Source of the DNA: Macrostomum lignano
Taxonomy: Eukaryota
Assembly (NCBI GenBank): GCA_002269645.1
Contig: NIVC01003481.1
Location: forward strand, 31,931-95,930
Direction: 5' to 3'
Length of the DNA: 64,000 nt
The position numbers were made by a program, and so were the translations under genes. The first letter of the stretch is position 1. Every line of letters starts with the position of its first letter. The notes beneath the pieces were generated by a model. That model saw only the letters and a list, made by a program, of their open reading frames with translations, was not told the origin of the DNA and did not search any database. Below, in pieces: positions 1 to 47,700 of this stretch.

Positions 1-329
1 CAGACCATGGCCCCTACCCCACACGAAGGATTATGGCCAATGACTCACGCCAGATATTTTGAACGGTCAGACCGCTTAGTCCTCTAAATAGCCGCAAACT
101 GTAGCCCCCCAGACTGAAACTGACCCAGACTTCTATTTAAACAAAAAACACTTTTTTCACTAAATGCCATTTGTTGCAATTGCTTGGCTAACAAGTTGTC
201 TGGGAATGGTCAACTCAAACTTTTGCGAGTCATTAACTCAATGAGTGCGCAACGAATGGCGTTGGTTTAAATTTTAGCGCAATGATTTATTGCGGTTAAA
301 TTTATTCAAATCAAAAAGAGAGTGGCGAG

Positions 330-1010
330 ACCGCAGCGGAGCAGATAGCGGAGAGGGCAGTGGAGAGGGTAGCGGAGAGGGTAGCGAAAAGGGTAGCGGA
401 GAGGGTAGTGGAGAGGGTAACGGAGAGGGTAGCGGAGAGGGTAGTGGAGAGGGTAACGGAGAGGGTAGCGGGTAGCAGAGAGGGTAGCGGAGAGGGTAGC
501 GGAGAGGGTAGCGGAGAGGGTAGTGGAGAGAGTAGCGAAAAGGGTAGCGGAGAGGGTAGTGGAGAGGGTAGTGGAGAGGGTAACGGAGAGGGTAGCGGAG
601 AGGGTAGTGGAGAGGGTAACGGAGAGGGTAGCGGGTAGCAGAGAGGGTAGCGGAGAGGGTAGCGGAGAGGGTAGCGGAGAGGGTAGCGGAGAGGGTAGTG
701 GAGAGAGTAGCGAAAAGGGTAGCGGAGAGGGTAGTGGAGAGGGTAGTGGAGAGGGTAACGGAGAGGGTAGCGGAGAGGGTAGCGGGTAACAGAGAGGGTA
801 GCGGAGAGGGTAGCGGAGAGGGTAGCGGAGAGGGTAGTGGAGAGAGTAGCGAAAAGGGTAGCGGAGAGGGTAGTGGAGAGGGTAGTGGAGAGGGTAACGG
901 AGAGGGTAGCGGTAGCAGAGAGGGTAGCGGAGAGGGTAGCGGAAAGGGTAGCGGAGAGGGTAGCGGAAAGGGTAGTGGAGAGGGTAAGGGAAAGGGTAGG
1001 GGGAGGGTAG
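330..1010. repeat. 12-bp G-rich minisatellite (GGAGAGGGTAGC)
   Basis: Direct reading; higher-order blocks of ~163-175 bp. Confidence 0.95.
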
Positions 1011-1648
1011 CGAGTGGGGCACAGATTAAAACAAGGAAAACCAGCACAAAAGTCCATATTCCAGAACACAGGCAAGGCGAAAGACGCAGAAAGAGCTGAC
1101 ATGGAGATGCGCAGTTCCGAAGAGGCTGGCGAGTGTTTCATTTCATTTCACACAATTAGACTAATATATACTCGTAGAAAAGCATCGCCCAAGTCCCAAT
1201 CCCCAGAGGTAGTCTATTCCCCATTGCCTGGACAGAAATAGGTCGGCCAAAACTTATCGGCCATTCCCTTGGTTCCTATTCTAGTTAATTTTGTTTTTAG
1301 GCCTCCCCTCTACAAGCCAGAACAAGTGCGCACTTGATGCAGCTCTGGATCATCTGCGCACTTTCTTCTGCAAATTTTGCAGCTTGAACTAACGGGTAGG
1401 TAAGGACAGGTCTTAGTTTAGTTTAGCCAAGCGGTCTGGTTGCAAACATTTTCGGTGCAAATTTTAGCACCTTGCTGTGCGTCTTGACATTCTTTGCGAG
1501 CTTGCATGCTGGCGTTCGCGAGTAAAGCTATCAGAAATCAAAAGGGGTTTCCGACCGCCAGAATCCTAAAATAATTCTAAACTCAGTAAGCAATACCCGT
1601 CAGAATCTATCTAGTTACAGAAAAAATCGGCCTTCAAAAAACACTCAC

Positions 1649-37550
<35,902 letters not shown>

Positions 37551-38781
37551 GTTATGTAGAAATAAAATAAATCTTCTATTTCCGAAGCTCCGGCCCGTTC
37601 TATATCTCTTACTTTATCTGAAATGCATGGCTCCTGTCGGTGGTACTGGTACGTCTATAGCTATTCGAGTATGTATACTCGTGAATAAATAAAATACTTA
37701 GCAGCAATTTTTCAGATACTTTGCAGCGAAGTTTATGAATGACTCACACTACATACTATGGGATTCAGTGTATGCGTCGATTTTTAGCGTGCAATCACAA
37801 AACTCAGATTGACATTGAAAAATTGAAAACTAAGAACGCGATGTTTTTGCATTAAAACAAAAACTAACACGTTTGCTAAAAATCTAGCCATAAGTTGTTT
37901 GAGGAAAAAACAGCTAAATAAACTACCCGTCAAAATAAGCTCTATGCTAAGCAGAAAGTAGAATAAATTAATACATTTTCGCATGAACTTCTTAAAATTC
38001 ACGGACTCTGGCTTCAACATTTACAGAATATTAATAATCATTTATACATCGAACTTGTACTTAATAATTGTTTGTTGCTTAAGCCTTAGGCTATATTAGT
38101 AAAACAGGATGCACATACACACGCACACGCTCAAAAAAGTTTCATCGCCCGGCCGCGTTACCTTTCCCAGTTTCAGCTGCATCAATAAAACGCAACACCA
38201 TGACTACGTACTTATGTAGCATGCGGGGCTGTCCCGGGGGGACACAGCGGGAAGGCGCGAACGCCCATTCCGCTAAATTATGTACCATACTAAATTGCTA
38301 ACTCAATATGAATAGTTTGGAAAATCAATTATTATTTTAAATAGCATAGGGATTAATATTATTCAACTTTGCAGTACTATTATATAACTACACACTATAC
38401 ATCACAGGCACGTGTGTACATATCGTGTACTATACATATATGCATGTGCATAGTACACTGTAAGTATGCGCAGGCCACAGGGGCGTAGCCAGTTGGCATT
38501 GACATTGGCCCTCTGAAATTAAAAATAGGCCGGTAAAAATTATGGTGACCCCTTGCACGCGGGTTTACATTACAGGGTAATAATTGGTCAGTGACTGGGA
38601 CTCTACCAACCCTTCCCCAGTCCCTGGGAGAAAAGTTCCCCAGCACATGATTTTGTTGCTGACAGCGGATCTGACTTTGCTAAATAATTTTACTTAGGTA
38701 CATAACAAACAACTAAGTTAATTGTGGTATAATTTAAGGCCAACTTTTTAAAAATGCACTTTTTTGGTGCGTCTAGCAGCT

Positions 38782-38801
38782 GCCTCCGTGGCGCAATCGA
38801 C

Positions 38802-38838
<37 letters not shown>

Positions 38839-38855
38839 GAGCCCACCCGGGGGCG
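38782..38855 (+). tRNA. trnN-GTT: tRNA-Asn(GTT), D-loop G19>A variant
   Basis: Cloverleaf: acceptor GCCTCCG/CGGGGGC, anticodon arm TTCGG-CTGTTAA-CCGAA, T arm GGTGG-TTCGAGC-CCACC; T6 terminator at about 38860. Confidence 0.9.
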
Positions 38856-39123
38856 GAAGTTTTTTGTAGAATGTTTAGAATCACATAACATTTTAACTGC
38901 TAAAGGCTTCCGAAAAAAAAATTTTGTGATGCAGGAAGCAGAAGCCTTAATATAGGTTCTGGCACGTTATGAAAATCACCCCATAGTGACAGCCCATTGT
39001 CGCATGTATTCAGAAATTAATTTTCCATACTGTTTTAACTTTTAAATTTTTTTCTATTACTATTTTGTTTATTGTGCTTTTCTGTAAGCACGGGCTATCA
39101 GTTATTGAAAAATGTAAAAGAAT

Positions 39124-39195
39124 GGGCTCAGCCGGGATTTGAACCCGGGACCTCTCGCACCCAAAGCGAGAATCATACCCCTAGACCACTGAGCC
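39124..39195 (-). tRNA. trnP-TGG: tRNA-Pro(TGG)
   Basis: Reverse complement GGCTCAGTGGTCTAGGGGTATGATTCTCGCTTTGGGTGCGAGAGGTCCCGGGTTCAAATCCCGGCTGAGCCC, canonical 72 nt; T-runs follow. Confidence 0.95.
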
Positions 39196-39584
39196 GCCTG
39201 ATCAATGGGCTGCAAGTTTTGCGTCTTAACAAAATTTCTGCTATTTCTAAAAGATCATGTCGAGCAGCGCATGTACAAACACAAATCTGCTCTAAAAGCA
39301 GAAGTGTACACTTCCATTGGGAAACAAATAGCGTGTAGAGCAATTTGACTCACCTAAGAAAAATTCTTCAATGGTATACAGTTTTTGTGCTCAGGCCGAT
39401 TCTTACTACTCAATAGTAGAAAACAAAGAAAGTATAAAAATATATATATTTACAAGCTAATTCATTATTCGCGAGCATGATGGTCGAATCGAAAGCTCTC
39501 TTCCGCGCTATTCGAGACTCGATAGAATAATTCGGAGAGTTCCTTATTCAAATTTGAGTGAGGATTCAGATTCAAGTGAAGATC

Positions 39585-40055
39585 GTCATTAAGATTTGGG
39601 TGAATATCCTCATTTAAGATTTGGGTGAATATCCTCATTTAAGATTCGGGTGAAGATCCTCATTTAAGATTCGGGTGAAGATCCTCGTTTAAGTTTCGGG
39701 TGAAAATCCTTATTCAGATTCGGGTGGAAGATCCTCATTAGGATTCGGTTTAAGATCCCTATTCAGATTCGGGTGAAGATCCTTATTCAGATTCGGGTGA
39801 GGATTCAGATTCAGGTGAAGATTGCTTACTTAAGATTCGGGTGAAGATCCCTATTCAGATTCGAGTGAAGATCCTCATTAAGATTCGGGTGAAGATCCTC
39901 ATTTAAGATTCGGGATAAGATCCTCATTTAAGATTCGGGTGAAGATCCCTATTCAGATTCGGGATAAGATCCTCATTTAAGATTCGGGTGAAGATCCTCA
40001 TTTAAGATTCGAGTGAAGATCCTCATTTAAGATTCGGGTGAAGATCCTCATTCAG
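39585..40055. repeat. ~25-bp minisatellite (AAGATTCGGGTGAAGATCCTCATTT)
   Basis: Direct reading. Confidence 0.93.
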
Positions 40056-41484
40056 GTTCTGGTGACTTAAGTACATCGCACACAGTTCAAAAACGTACGC
40101 ACAGCAGATGTTAATTTTACCAGCCAGGGCAGCGGACCAGCTGGGCTCGAGTCCAAAATCTGCTTCTGAGGCGGTGCTCCAGGGTGATATTAACGTAGGA
40201 AAGAGATGAGCTGGCTTGGCTTATAGAGAATAAAATCCTAGTTACCGCAATCCCCGAGGATTACCGCCGCAGTTTCTTGAGCAGTGTCCGGGGTTAAGTA
40301 AAAAAGCAGCCTTAAACTCGCCTCGCCCTAAAGACTTAAATCGAGCTTTAATTCTTGATCCTTTACATTGCATAGCAAAAAAACCCTCTGCCATCCTGCT
40401 CTGCCTACCAGAGAGATTTGTATCGAATTTTCTGAAAATATCCCAAGATGGGGTCTCGGACTCGAAAACACGGCACCCCCGGAGAACTCAGGTGAGCCTG
40501 AAAACCTCCGAACTCGGGGAGGTGGATGACCTGAGCTTGGGTGAGCAGAGCAGCACACTTTTCCCTTCCTGATCCTCAATCTGCCGCAGCAAACTGGTCC
40601 CACATACCCCCTACTCGCACAACCTGCCCCGAAATCCTGACTCCCAGTCCTGCCGATAATTCCCTGCAAAGCATTCTCCCAGTCTCTCTCTCTCTCGCTC
40701 TCTCTCTCTCATTTATCCATGAGCACAGCCCGTGAGCAATTTTGTCACCTCCAGCAGCAGCCGGGGGCCTCCACCACCTCGATCTCTGTTCCCCTTTCCC
40801 TGCTCAGGCACAGCATCAACCCCCTCCGCCCAGCTCCACCATGGGAGACTTCTCCCACATTCTGGGCCAATGATAGAGGGCGCACACACACACACCAGTT
40901 TTTTCCAAGCGCCCAGAGCCTTCTACCAACACCAGGTCCCAAGGTCCATAGCTGCCTGGCAGGTTCTCTTCCCCTCTCAACTTCCTCCCCGTTCCTGAGT
41001 CCGGGAACCGGGATCTCCCAACTACTCAGGGGGGGGGGGGAGAATGGGAGAAGGTTCTGCGAAGAGGAAGAGAGGGAAGGGGTCTCCGCTTTGGCCAAGG
41101 CGGCAATAGGAGGGGGCGTAGAGAACGGGAAAGACGGAGAAGAGGGGAGCGGCTGCGAGATCAGGGGGGGGGGGAAGAGGGGCGGCGGGCCTCTCCTGAG
41201 CTGGCGCTTACTGACAGGCCCCGTGGCAATTGTGGGCTCATTCAAATTTTATGAAAGGCGACCAACCCCAGGCCGACCACCCCACGCCGCGCCGGGAGAG
41301 TCCGCGCAACCCCAGCAGCAGCCGCAGCCAGCCGCCGCCATCTCTAGCAGCTAAAGCCCCGAGCAATCGGAGCGCGGCCAAAGACGCAGCAGCAGCAGCG
41401 GACACCGAAACAAAACAGACAGAAAATATCCGTTTGCTTTGACACTTAGAATAGCTAAAAACTCGTATATCAAATAGCTCAGAC

Positions 41485-41724
41485 ATGCTGTACGAACTGG
41501 TGATGGTGCCGCCAAATATGTACAACACCGCAGCGGTGGCAGCGGGCAGCGGGGGCGGCGCTGCGGCTTCCAACGCCGCCGCTGCAGCAGCCGCGGCCGG
41601 AGTGACGCCCAACGGCCTGGTGTCCAGCCCGGCTCTGGCCGGCTATCCCGGATATCCGGGCGGACCGGCGGCGGCTGCGGCCGCCAGCCTGCAGAGTGCG
41701 CTGACGGGGGTCCCGCTGAACAAG
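41485..41724 (+). CDS. TIA-like exon 1 (Ala/Gly-rich low-complexity N-terminus)
   Basis: ATG-initiated 80 codons ending LNK|GTGAGC, phase 0; Ala-rich style matches the terminal exons. Confidence 0.65.
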
Positions 41725-44700
41725 GTGAGCATCGAGAATGATCTGAGCGGGGGGGGGGCAACCACTGGTTAAGCAGAGGTGTCTGCGGTTAGTTTGAGAG
41801 TCTAGCCAATGGCCTCCAAAATGTTTTATGTCCAATAGGTTTCAAAGCTCTTGATGATGGCAGTCTTCTGACAGTCTGCACGAGCATGCCTCAGCCCGCG
41901 GAATTTCAATCGAAGATCTCAAAGCCAAGAGTTTCAATATTTGTCCCCATAGTTTGGTCCCGATTTTTCTCCCGGATGGGAAGACAAGGATGAAGAGAGC
42001 GGGAGAGATACGCAGAGGCCAAATGGGAATTTCTGCGGCCCATAAATTTGCACTGATTGTCAGCAACTTGGCGGCCAACTCTCTTGAGCTTTTCGGTCCT
42101 CCGAGGAGCCAAGAAAAGATTTCTCTTCCAAACTCAGAAGTTACGACGACTCTTGGCTTCTTGCCGCTCCTGCTGGGCTGTGGAGAGTCCTAAGGCTGTA
42201 GAAAGAAAAATATATATAGGAAGATGGCCAAGGATGAGGCAAGGATGAGTTGGGAGTCTGCAGGAGCTCCCCGAGCGACCCAAACTTCATCAAGTTTATC
42301 GTCTGCAGAAAGGACACTTGGCTAAATTGCCTCCCCTATAGCACAATATTCTCCTATAACTCTCCTTCCCTGCCCTCCCCATGGTTTCTTCCCATTCATT
42401 CACTCAGCCTGTCTCTTCTATTCTGGCTTTTACAATTGGAATATTTTTTCTTTGCAAAATTATAAAAACAGCCGGCCCGCCATATTTTGCTGAATAGTGA
42501 AGGGCAACGGCCCCTGATGGTGGTTTCTAAACGCGAGGATTTAGCGCCAATTTAGCGCCACAGCCTAGATTTTAGCGCCACAGCCTAGATTTTAGCGCCA
42601 CAGCCTAGATTTTAGCGCCACAGCCTAGATTTTAGCGCCGCAGCCTAGATTTTAGCGCCACAGCCTAGATTTTAGCGCCACAGCCTAGATTTGAGCGCCG
42701 CAGCCTAGATTTTAGCGCCACAGCCTAGATTTTAGCGCCACAGCCTAGGTTTTAGAGCCACAGCCTAGATTTTAGAGCCACAGCCTAGATTTTAGCGCCG
42801 CAGCCTAGATTTTAGCGCCGCAGCCTAGATTTTAGCGCCACAGCCTAGATTTTAGCGCCACAGCCTAGATTTGAGCGCCGCAGCCTAGATTTTAGCGCCA
42901 CAGCCTAGATTTTAGCGCCACAGCCTAGGTTTTAGAGCCACAGCCTAGATTTTAGAGCCACAGCCTAGATTTTAGCGCCGCAGCCTAGATTTTAGCGCCG
43001 CAGCCTAGATTTTAGCGCCACAGCCTAGATTTTAGCGCCACAGCCTAGATTTTAGCGCCACAGATTAGATTTTAGAGCCACAGCCTAGATTTTAGCGCCA
43101 CAGCCTAGATTTTAGCGCCACAGCCTAGATTTTAGCGCCACAGCTTAGATTTTAGAGCCACAGCCTAGATTTTAGCGCCACAGCCTAGATTTTAGCGCCG
43201 CAGCCTAGATTTTAGAGCCACAGCCTAGATTTTAGCGCCGCAGCCTAGATTTTAGAGCCACAGCCTAGATTTTAGCGCCTCAGCCTAGATTTCGGTGCTA
43301 TTGATATTTTCGTGCTCACGAGAGCTTTCTATTCATTCTCGGGGGTCTTTGACCCCCTGACCTCCCCAAGCTGGGTCACACATTGAGGTTGAGCAATATT
43401 TGGGCCCCAATCTCAATTCAGGGGGACAGTGCTCCCGTGGCCCCTGAGTCTCCAACACGAAGGGTGTCTCTTAGGCCCTGGCCAGAGAGCAGCCAGAGTT
43501 AATGTTTGAGCACAGCCGAGTGGTCATAAATTCGAACCGATGGAGAGAATCGAATTACATTGCCGCAGGGTTGACACACACCAAAATTCATATTGCGGAA
43601 AAGTTTTCCGGAACGGGCGAAAAAGTGTGTGAGAGAGAGAGAGAGAGAACTGCTCATGGACGGACTCGAAACAACGTTTGAGGACAGTCTCTCCTGCGAG
43701 AGATGGAGAGGATCTGCTTGGCGCGCTGGGAGTTGCCCATGCAGGCGGCTCAATAATTCAGCAGTGCTGAGGAGGCGCGCGTGTTGAGAAGAGGATCGCA
43801 GGAAAGTGGGCGGGAGAAAGTCCCACAGTTGGGAGGTTGCGGCGCCACTATTTAGGCTGACGAGATCCCGGGAAGCCCCAGGGAGGTCCCGCTGGCTGGT
43901 TTGGTGACCGGGCGAACGCGCGATCCATCCATCTGGCCTTCATAATTGATGACCAAAGCTTTTAGCAGCATGGCTATCTCAGGACTTGCAGAGCCAGGAA
44001 GTAAGCAAAAATTGCCGTTAAGCCACCTGAAGAGAGTTTTTCGTGTGTTTTTTTGCGACAAACAAGCCCCCAATCTTCTTTTTTAAAATTTATTAGTTCT
44101 GAAGTCCCTCGGGTATTCAAGATTGTCATGCGCTTCGAAAATTAATTGCAATTGCCAAATTTCTTGTTTTTGAAAAAAAACCAATCAAGCGCCTGGTTTC
44201 AACTGACTCGCTCAGAAATTTGCGGCTCTTTTAACATTTATATTATCAATCTCTGACCTTCTCGATTTCCGAATGCCAAATAAGGCCAGCGTGTGGATCA
44301 AGAGAATTCTATTGAGTTTTTGCTATTCATTAAGTTTAATACGAAACATATCGGGGCACTCGATAGTTGAGTTTTTGCTATTCATTAAGTTTATTACGAA
44401 ACATATCGAGGCACTCGATAGTTGTCGGTGCGTCAAGTCAAGAGAATTCTATTGAGTTTTTGCTATTTATTAAGTTTAATACGAAGCATATCGGGGCACT
44501 CGATAGTTGAGTTTTTGCTATTCATTAAGTTTAATACGAAACATATCGGGGCACTCGATAGTTGAGTTTTTGCTATTCATTAAGTTTAATACGAAACATA
44601 TCGAGACACTCGATAGTTGTCGGTGCGTCAAGTCAAGAGAATTCTATTGAGTTTTTGCTATTCATTAAGTTTAATACGAAACATATCGGGGCACTCGATA

Positions 44701-47700
44701 GTTGAGTTTTTGCTATTTATTAAGTTTAATACAAAGCATATCGGGGCACTCGATAGTTGAGTTTTTGCTATTCATTAAGTTTAATACGAAACATATCGGG
44801 GCACTCGATAGTTGTCCGTGCAAAGTTAAGAGAATTCTAGTTAGTTTTTGCTATTGATTAAGTTTAATACGAAACATATCGGGGAAGATAGCGTATGTGT
44901 ATTGCCAATGCACCGCATGTCCACAGCAAAGCTTTTAATCACCAAAAAGATTGCGCAAGTTGCAGTTTTGCTCACACGCGGCTAAATCGCAATCGAAACA
45001 CCTTTAGGGAAATTATTTTGCCCGATGTTCGACCGGGTCAAGCGTGTTCGAGAAATTTTTGCAGCGCAAAAGAAATCAGTGCATCAGGTGCCAATAAAAA
45101 CTTTATAATGCATTCCTCTTTTTTAAAAACCTTTTTTCTCGCCTTCATTTTTTAATCTTTCTCTCACAACACTGTCAGATCTGGATTATTATTTCCTTGT
45201 TGAAATTTCCAATGATTCAACGGAGACCTCAGGAGAGCCTCGATGCGATTTCATTGCCTTTTTGTAGTCTTTGTTTTCCATGAAGTCCTGCAATATTTGT
45301 CATCCGCGCGTCTGCGCTACACAATTTCGGATTGGAAAGCCATTTTAATTGATTTTCCATTGACGATATCAAAGCCCAACCAAACCAAGTGACAAGCAAC
45401 ATCCAATTAAAGTTTTCTTAATAATCCGTTTGCTTATTTATTCTATTTTAATCTTGTATTTTTTCAATCGAAGATCAAATTTATTATCTAAAATGGATTT
45501 TTGCCTGTTGCCTGTCATCCTGCAGTTCCATCCCCACCCGCATTATGTCTGTGTGTCTGGCTCATTATGTCTGTGTGTCTGGCTCATTATGTATGTGTGT
45601 ATGTCTGTGTGTCTGGCTCATTGTGTCTGTGTGTCTGGCTCATTATGTCTGTGTGTCTGGCTCATTGTGTCTGCGTGTCTGGGCAGCCTGTCTCACTGAT
45701 GTCTGTGTGTCTGGGCAGCCTGTCTCACTGATGTCTGTGTCTGGGCAGCCTGTTTCACTGATGTCTGTGTCTGGCTCATGGTATCTGTGTGTCCATGACC
45801 TGCTGCTCATCGTGGTCGTGTGTCTGGGTCATTGTGTCTCTTCTCTCTGCTCCTGTTCTCATCGGTGCCGGCCTCTCAAAAAGCAGAATTGCTCATTGGT
45901 AATTTTTGCCTGATGGGAGCAATAAACTGTAGTAGCAGTCTGGGTTCCACCCACACAGTTTTTGCTCTACCAGCATGTTTCTTCTAGGAAACTAAAACTG
46001 CATCTGCAGTCTGCAGCTGCAAAACTGCCCCATGTAGCAGGGGGGGGGGGACCCAACTGTCAGGGGGTGTCGGTGTAGGGATAGGTGGATTAGATAGAGT
46101 GGAATGACAAAGCCAACTCCCAATGCGCATTGTAAGTCCGGAACGCAATTTCAACTTAATATATGAATTGATATAATATGTAGATTTAACATGCAGTCCC
46201 TTATTAATAACTTCTGACAACGGCTGGGGGCTGTTGAATAGCCACCGCCATAAAACCGCGGTTTTTATCCTCAACAGAATCATCCTTCTACCGTATAGAG
46301 CGACCCCCTCTCTCTCCCTCTGTCATTAGCCACGGGTAACGGATGAGATGAGAGAGGAAAAAAGAGGGAATAAAGGAGAGAGAAGAGAGAAGAGAGCTGA
46401 GAAGAGACACAAGAATTGAGTGGGCCGGACATTGAAGTGACTTCCACAAAATTTTGGTGCCCAGCCCAGGGGTCCGTTTCCAGGAATGATTTTTAGTGCG
46501 TAGCAAAAATCGACATTTAAAAAGTTTTGGTGCAGAAATTCTGTTTTATCTTTGTCTGGATTTCATTGATTGACATCTTATTTTGTAAGAGAAAAGTAAG
46601 CTCTTTAAATTACGTCAGTTTTTTTCGATTTTTTTGATAATGAAAAATTTTTTACATGCATATTTCGATTTTAAAACCTGTGTTGGGGGGGGGGGCTAGC
46701 CCAGTGGTCTGGCGCTGCACTCTGATGTGCCAGCGGCCCAGGCTCGATTCCAAGTGCTGTCACATTAATTTGGGGCTGAATTGGAATCTCGGCCTGGCTC
46801 TGCTCGTGCAATTAGCGGCATTGAGGGCCAACCCCCAAGACACAGTGAAGTGTACATGCCTAACGATAAATAAAGTTAGGGCCGCTGTACACTCCTGTGT
46901 GAGTGAGTGCCTGCGTACGTATGACTGCGTACGTATCCGCGCGCTTGTGTGCCTGCTCAGGGGAGTCGGTGGAATGGGCAGCAATGCCTCTCGCCGGTTG
47001 TGTGACAATGTCGCTTAAAGTGCGGCACGGTGCACACAGCCCCCCTGACTCTAATAAAACATGAACCGATTGCATTCCAAAATGTGAAACGCCATGGGTT
47101 GCTGGGCAACCCAGGATTAATATATAGACGTTAAAACAATAATTTTAATTCCTCTTTTTCACAGATTTGTGAACCATTTTTCCTAACATACTTTTCAAGG
47201 ACTTTTGTGTCTATATTATTATTATTATTCTTATTATTGTTATTATTACTATTATTGTTATTGTTATACTCTTATGCGTTTCTAAGAATCTCATTAAAAA
47301 AATGACTAAAGTTACCTGGTATCTTATACAAATTAGAATCGCACCTGAGGCTCAATCGTACTGTTTCCAACCCGACACCTTTTGCTTCCAGGGTCTGCAG
47401 GTGACTCTGCCCTCGGCAGCTTTGGCCCTGTCAACGCAAAATCATAAGCTGGACACCACCAGTAAGACAGCCACTGGACCGCGTGCTTTGATTTATTTTA
47501 GATAGTGGGACTGGACTACTAGATTTAGATAAAATTCTAATTTAACATCGATAATAGTAATAATAATTGTAATTACACTTGCCCCAATTGGGCAGATGTG
47601 CAACCTACAGCTCAGCCGCAGCTATTGCGCGGCGCATCTGAAGGCTGCGTACGGCTGTTCAGTCCAAGGACTGGGGGGAGGGGGGGTCACCATACACCCT

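Noticed and set aside
38225-38278. Two adjacent GC-rich hairpins, possible Helitron end or ncRNA
   Set aside because: No CTRR terminus at the expected distance and no family resemblance.
38475-38500. MITE-like start CAGGGGCGTAGCCAG
   Set aside because: No matching inverted end found.
40719-41354. 211-aa plus-strand ORF upstream of the TIA-like ATG
   Set aside because: No recognisable domain, crosses G homopolymers, no usable donor; more likely promoter/5' UTR.
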